Part shown: one piece after another, positions 62,361 to 64,000 of the stretch
Layout of the letters: each line of letters opens with the position of its first letter
Position numbering within the stretch: position 1 is the first letter of the stretch
Virus record (IMG/VR): IMGVR_UViG_3300041411_000080
Span: 1 to 64,000 of that record
Length of the DNA stretch: 64,000 nt
Reading direction: 5' to 3' (one strand)
Notes under the pieces: model-generated
Databases searched by the model: none
What the model was told of the DNA's origin: nothing
What the model saw: the letters and a program-made list of their open reading frames with translations, nothing else
Position numbers and translations under genes: made by a program

Positions 62361-62582
62361 CTATTGCTCATCAACTGGACCACGCTTGAATTCCATGTTA
62401 GTCCAGCTGTCATCTTCATCCATTTCAGCTCGACCGTCAACCCAATGACAGTTACGCTGTTCTTCACCTGCACCTAAAGGTCTCCGGGCTTCGGCCTTAC
62501 GAATGGTTGTGATATTGTGTTCGGATAACCTTGGGAACACCCCTCTAGCAAATAGGGTTGGTATGCAGTCACGTTTAAACAT
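62361..62582 (-). CDS. charged peptide, array C (73 aa)
   Basis: AAGGT SD; ends WTNMEFKRGP... Confidence 0.75.
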   Translation of the reverse strand: MFKRDCIPTLFARGVFPRLSEHNITTIRKAEARRPLGAGEEQRNCHWVDGRAEMDEDDSWTNMEFKRGPVDEQ

Positions 62583-62585
62583 TGA

Positions 62586-62795
62586 TCAGACCTTATATAA
62601 CCCACGTTTTATATCTGTGTCCCATATGTACCGATCTATATCCTTCCGGTAGTCATCTGCTCCACAGGTCTCATCATCAAATAACCGCCTACCTTCTAGA
62701 GGTCGGTATTCCGTCACACATCGTTCAAAGATTACATGACGTCTTTGGTCAGAGCTACGGTCATTTAAACCAACCCCCTGATAGTCTCTACTCAT
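62586..62795 (-). CDS. charged peptide, array C (69 aa)
   Basis: GGTGA SD; ends WDTDIKRGL... Confidence 0.75.
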   Translation of the reverse strand: MSRDYQGVGLNDRSSDQRRHVIFERCVTEYRPLEGRRLFDDETCGADDYRKDIDRYIWDTDIKRGLYKV

Positions 62796-62796
62796 A

Positions 62797-63039
62797 TCAC
62801 CACCACTTGTTGTCTATCAAACCCCGTTGAACATCTGTAGCCCAATCTAATTTATTTTGATCTGTACGGACACCGCTAAGATCGTCGCCATCTAACTCAG
62901 TGGTCATCTTTAACCCTTCCGGTTGGATACGTGGATGATCACTCTTACCGCGCTCACCGAACATGCGATAATCCGTTTTCTTATCCTTGATATCCACAGG
63001 TGATGTCGCGCCTGCGGTTTTATCTGAAGTTCTGCCCAT
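62797..63039 (-). CDS. charged peptide, array C (80 aa)
   Basis: ends WATDVQRGL... Confidence 0.75.
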   Translation of the reverse strand: MGRTSDKTAGATSPVDIKDKKTDYRMFGERGKSDHPRIQPEGLKMTTELDGDDLSGVRTDQNKLDWATDVQRGLIDNKWW

Positions 63040-63050
63040 GGGTCGATTAC

Positions 63051-63245
63051 TCAGTAAGTTAAATGTGATGGTCGTTCACAATCAAGTTTTGGATTAGATA
63101 TATCGAAGACAACTGGGCGCCAACTGACATGTTCGGGATTGGAGCGATTACCACTGTCTCTTAAGGATGCTCGTCCACCGACGGTTACATGTCGTCCCGG
63201 CATTAGTCTGGTGTCGAGATAGGTATCTTCTTGCTCTCTACTCAT
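63051..63245 (-). CDS. charged peptide, array C (64 aa)
   Basis: start overlaps the upstream stop; R/D/S-rich. Confidence 0.7.
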   Translation of the reverse strand: MSREQEDTYLDTRLMPGRHVTVGGRASLRDSGNRSNPEHVSWRPVVFDISNPKLDCERPSHLTY

Positions 63246-63421
63246 CGGAAGCGTCTCTCATTAACGTTAGGTTCATCATTGGTTCTAGAAACGTTTGTAT
63301 CTAGATGTACAAACTCACGGTAACCTTCACCCTTACGTTTGAGTCGCTCCGAGGACAATCCTTGTAGGCGATGAATAACCACATTACCGCGTCCATATTC
63401 TGAATTATAATCTAGTTTCAT
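63242..63421 (-). CDS. charged peptide, array C (59 aa, start MKLDY)
   Basis: GAGG SD before ATG 63421. Confidence 0.7.
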   Translation of the reverse strand: MKLDYNSEYGRGNVVIHRLQGLSSERLKRKGEGYREFVHLDTNVSRTNDEPNVNERRFR

Positions 63422-63452
63422 TGTAAACCTCATTTGTTAGTGGCGGCATAAA

Positions 63453-63470
63453 GCTTCCCCGAAGGGAAGC
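63453..63470 (-). terminator. intrinsic terminator, cUUCGg loop
   Basis: GCTTCCC-TTCG-GGGAAGC-TTTAT. Confidence 0.75.
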
Positions 63471-63496
63471 AGTATACCCATTAGATTAGATAAGCC

Positions 63497-63637
63497 TAAT
63501 GAAAGTCGAAGAAGCACGTAGTTAGGTACTGACGTTAGCTCCCGCTAATGTTCTTAACGTACCAGGTCACCTATGGCTGGATCACCCCCTTGAACGCAGT
63601 GCGTATTTGCACGGACTGCTTCTTGACTATACCATTA
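63497..63637 (-). ncRNA. candidate structured non-coding RNA
   Basis: ORF-free gap between two terminators; end-to-end helix UAAUG..AGUCAAGAAGCA / UGCUUCUU-C-GACU..CAUUA enclosing several hairpins; strand inferred. Confidence 0.5.
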
Positions 63638-63679
63638 CACTCAGAGTATTCTTTTAACCAAAAAAAGAAAAGGTATAAC

Positions 63680-63699
63680 GCCCTACCTTACGGTAGGGC
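63680..63699 (-). terminator. intrinsic terminator, GNRA loop
   Basis: GCCCTACC-GTAA-GGTAGGGC then a T-rich run. Confidence 0.75.
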
Positions 63700-63705
63700 T
63701 ATTAT

Positions 63706-63942
63706 TTATTCTAAGGTGAAGTTTCGGTATAACACAATGTCTTGCTCCAAATCGATAACGGTGTAGTACTTTGCGAACTCGTTATCGATCGGTAAATCGT
63801 AATTGTGATCTACCCATGCTTCCATCTCCTTCTGGGTATTGAAAGAGATCTTAACATAGTGCGTAGGACAGGTACGACCTGGACCCCATGACCGAAGTTT
63901 ATATTCGGCTTCAAACAATGGTTTAACGACTTTATTCTGCAT
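63706..63942 (-). CDS. hypothetical protein (78 aa)
   Basis: AAGGA SD. Confidence 0.75.
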   Translation of the reverse strand: MQNKVVKPLFEAEYKLRSWGPGRTCPTHYVKISFNTQKEMEAWVDHNYDLPIDNEFAKYYTVIDLEQDIVLYRNFTLE

Positions 63943-63964
63943 CTTTAAAATCCTTTAAGTTAAC

Positions 63965-63984
63965 GCCTTACCGAATAGTAAGGC
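63965..63984 (-). terminator. hairpin, probable terminator
   Basis: GCCTTAC-cgaata-GTAAGGC on the plus strand. Confidence 0.5.
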
Positions 63985-64000
63985 TATTGGTTACAGATGG

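Noticed and set aside
63560-63640. tRNA, tmRNA or hammerhead reading of the ncRNA candidate (GTTCAA present)
   Set aside because: No pairing T-stem, cloverleaf, CCA end or ribozyme core could be built
1-64000. CRISPR arrays, tRNAs, IS elements, introns or inteins
   Set aside because: No regularly spaced repeats, cloverleafs, transposase motifs or intein termini seen by eye; a tRNAscan/Infernal run would be needed to exclude them fully

Overview
64 kb of a lytic jumbo-phage genome, inferred to be phiKZ-related (Chimalliviridae-like). The basis is a recurring TATATTAC-type early promoter, cUUCGg terminators and the gene repertoire. About 140 tightly coupled CDSs lie on the minus strand, with one convincing plus-strand gene. 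This is an accessory, host-takeover and counter-defence region with no recognisable capsid, tail or polymerase core genes, no tRNA and no CRISPR array. Recognisable enzymes: RNA ligase, RtcB, Thg1, ThyA, dCTP deaminase, NAD-dependent LigA, an adjacent PRPP-synthetase-like + NAMPT-like pair (NARP1 architecture), Mesh1-like HD hydrolase, SLOG/DprA-like protein, GNAT, two SspB-like proteins, a divergent QueC-like PP-loop ATPase and a BCS1-like AAA+ ATPase. Most striking unexplained features: (1) three arrays totalling 13 small charged peptides around the QueC-like and AAA+ genes, next to a candidate structured ncRNA; (2) seven clustered, mostly acidic proteins sharing a C-terminal [YL]-[FW]-x-x-V-x-[STI] tag; (3) a catalytically dead LigA paralogue beside ligA; (4) a 62-aa stand-alone NrdA fragment; (5) a chain of ATGA-coupled micro-ORFs. 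All family calls are motif recognition by eye; no database search was run.
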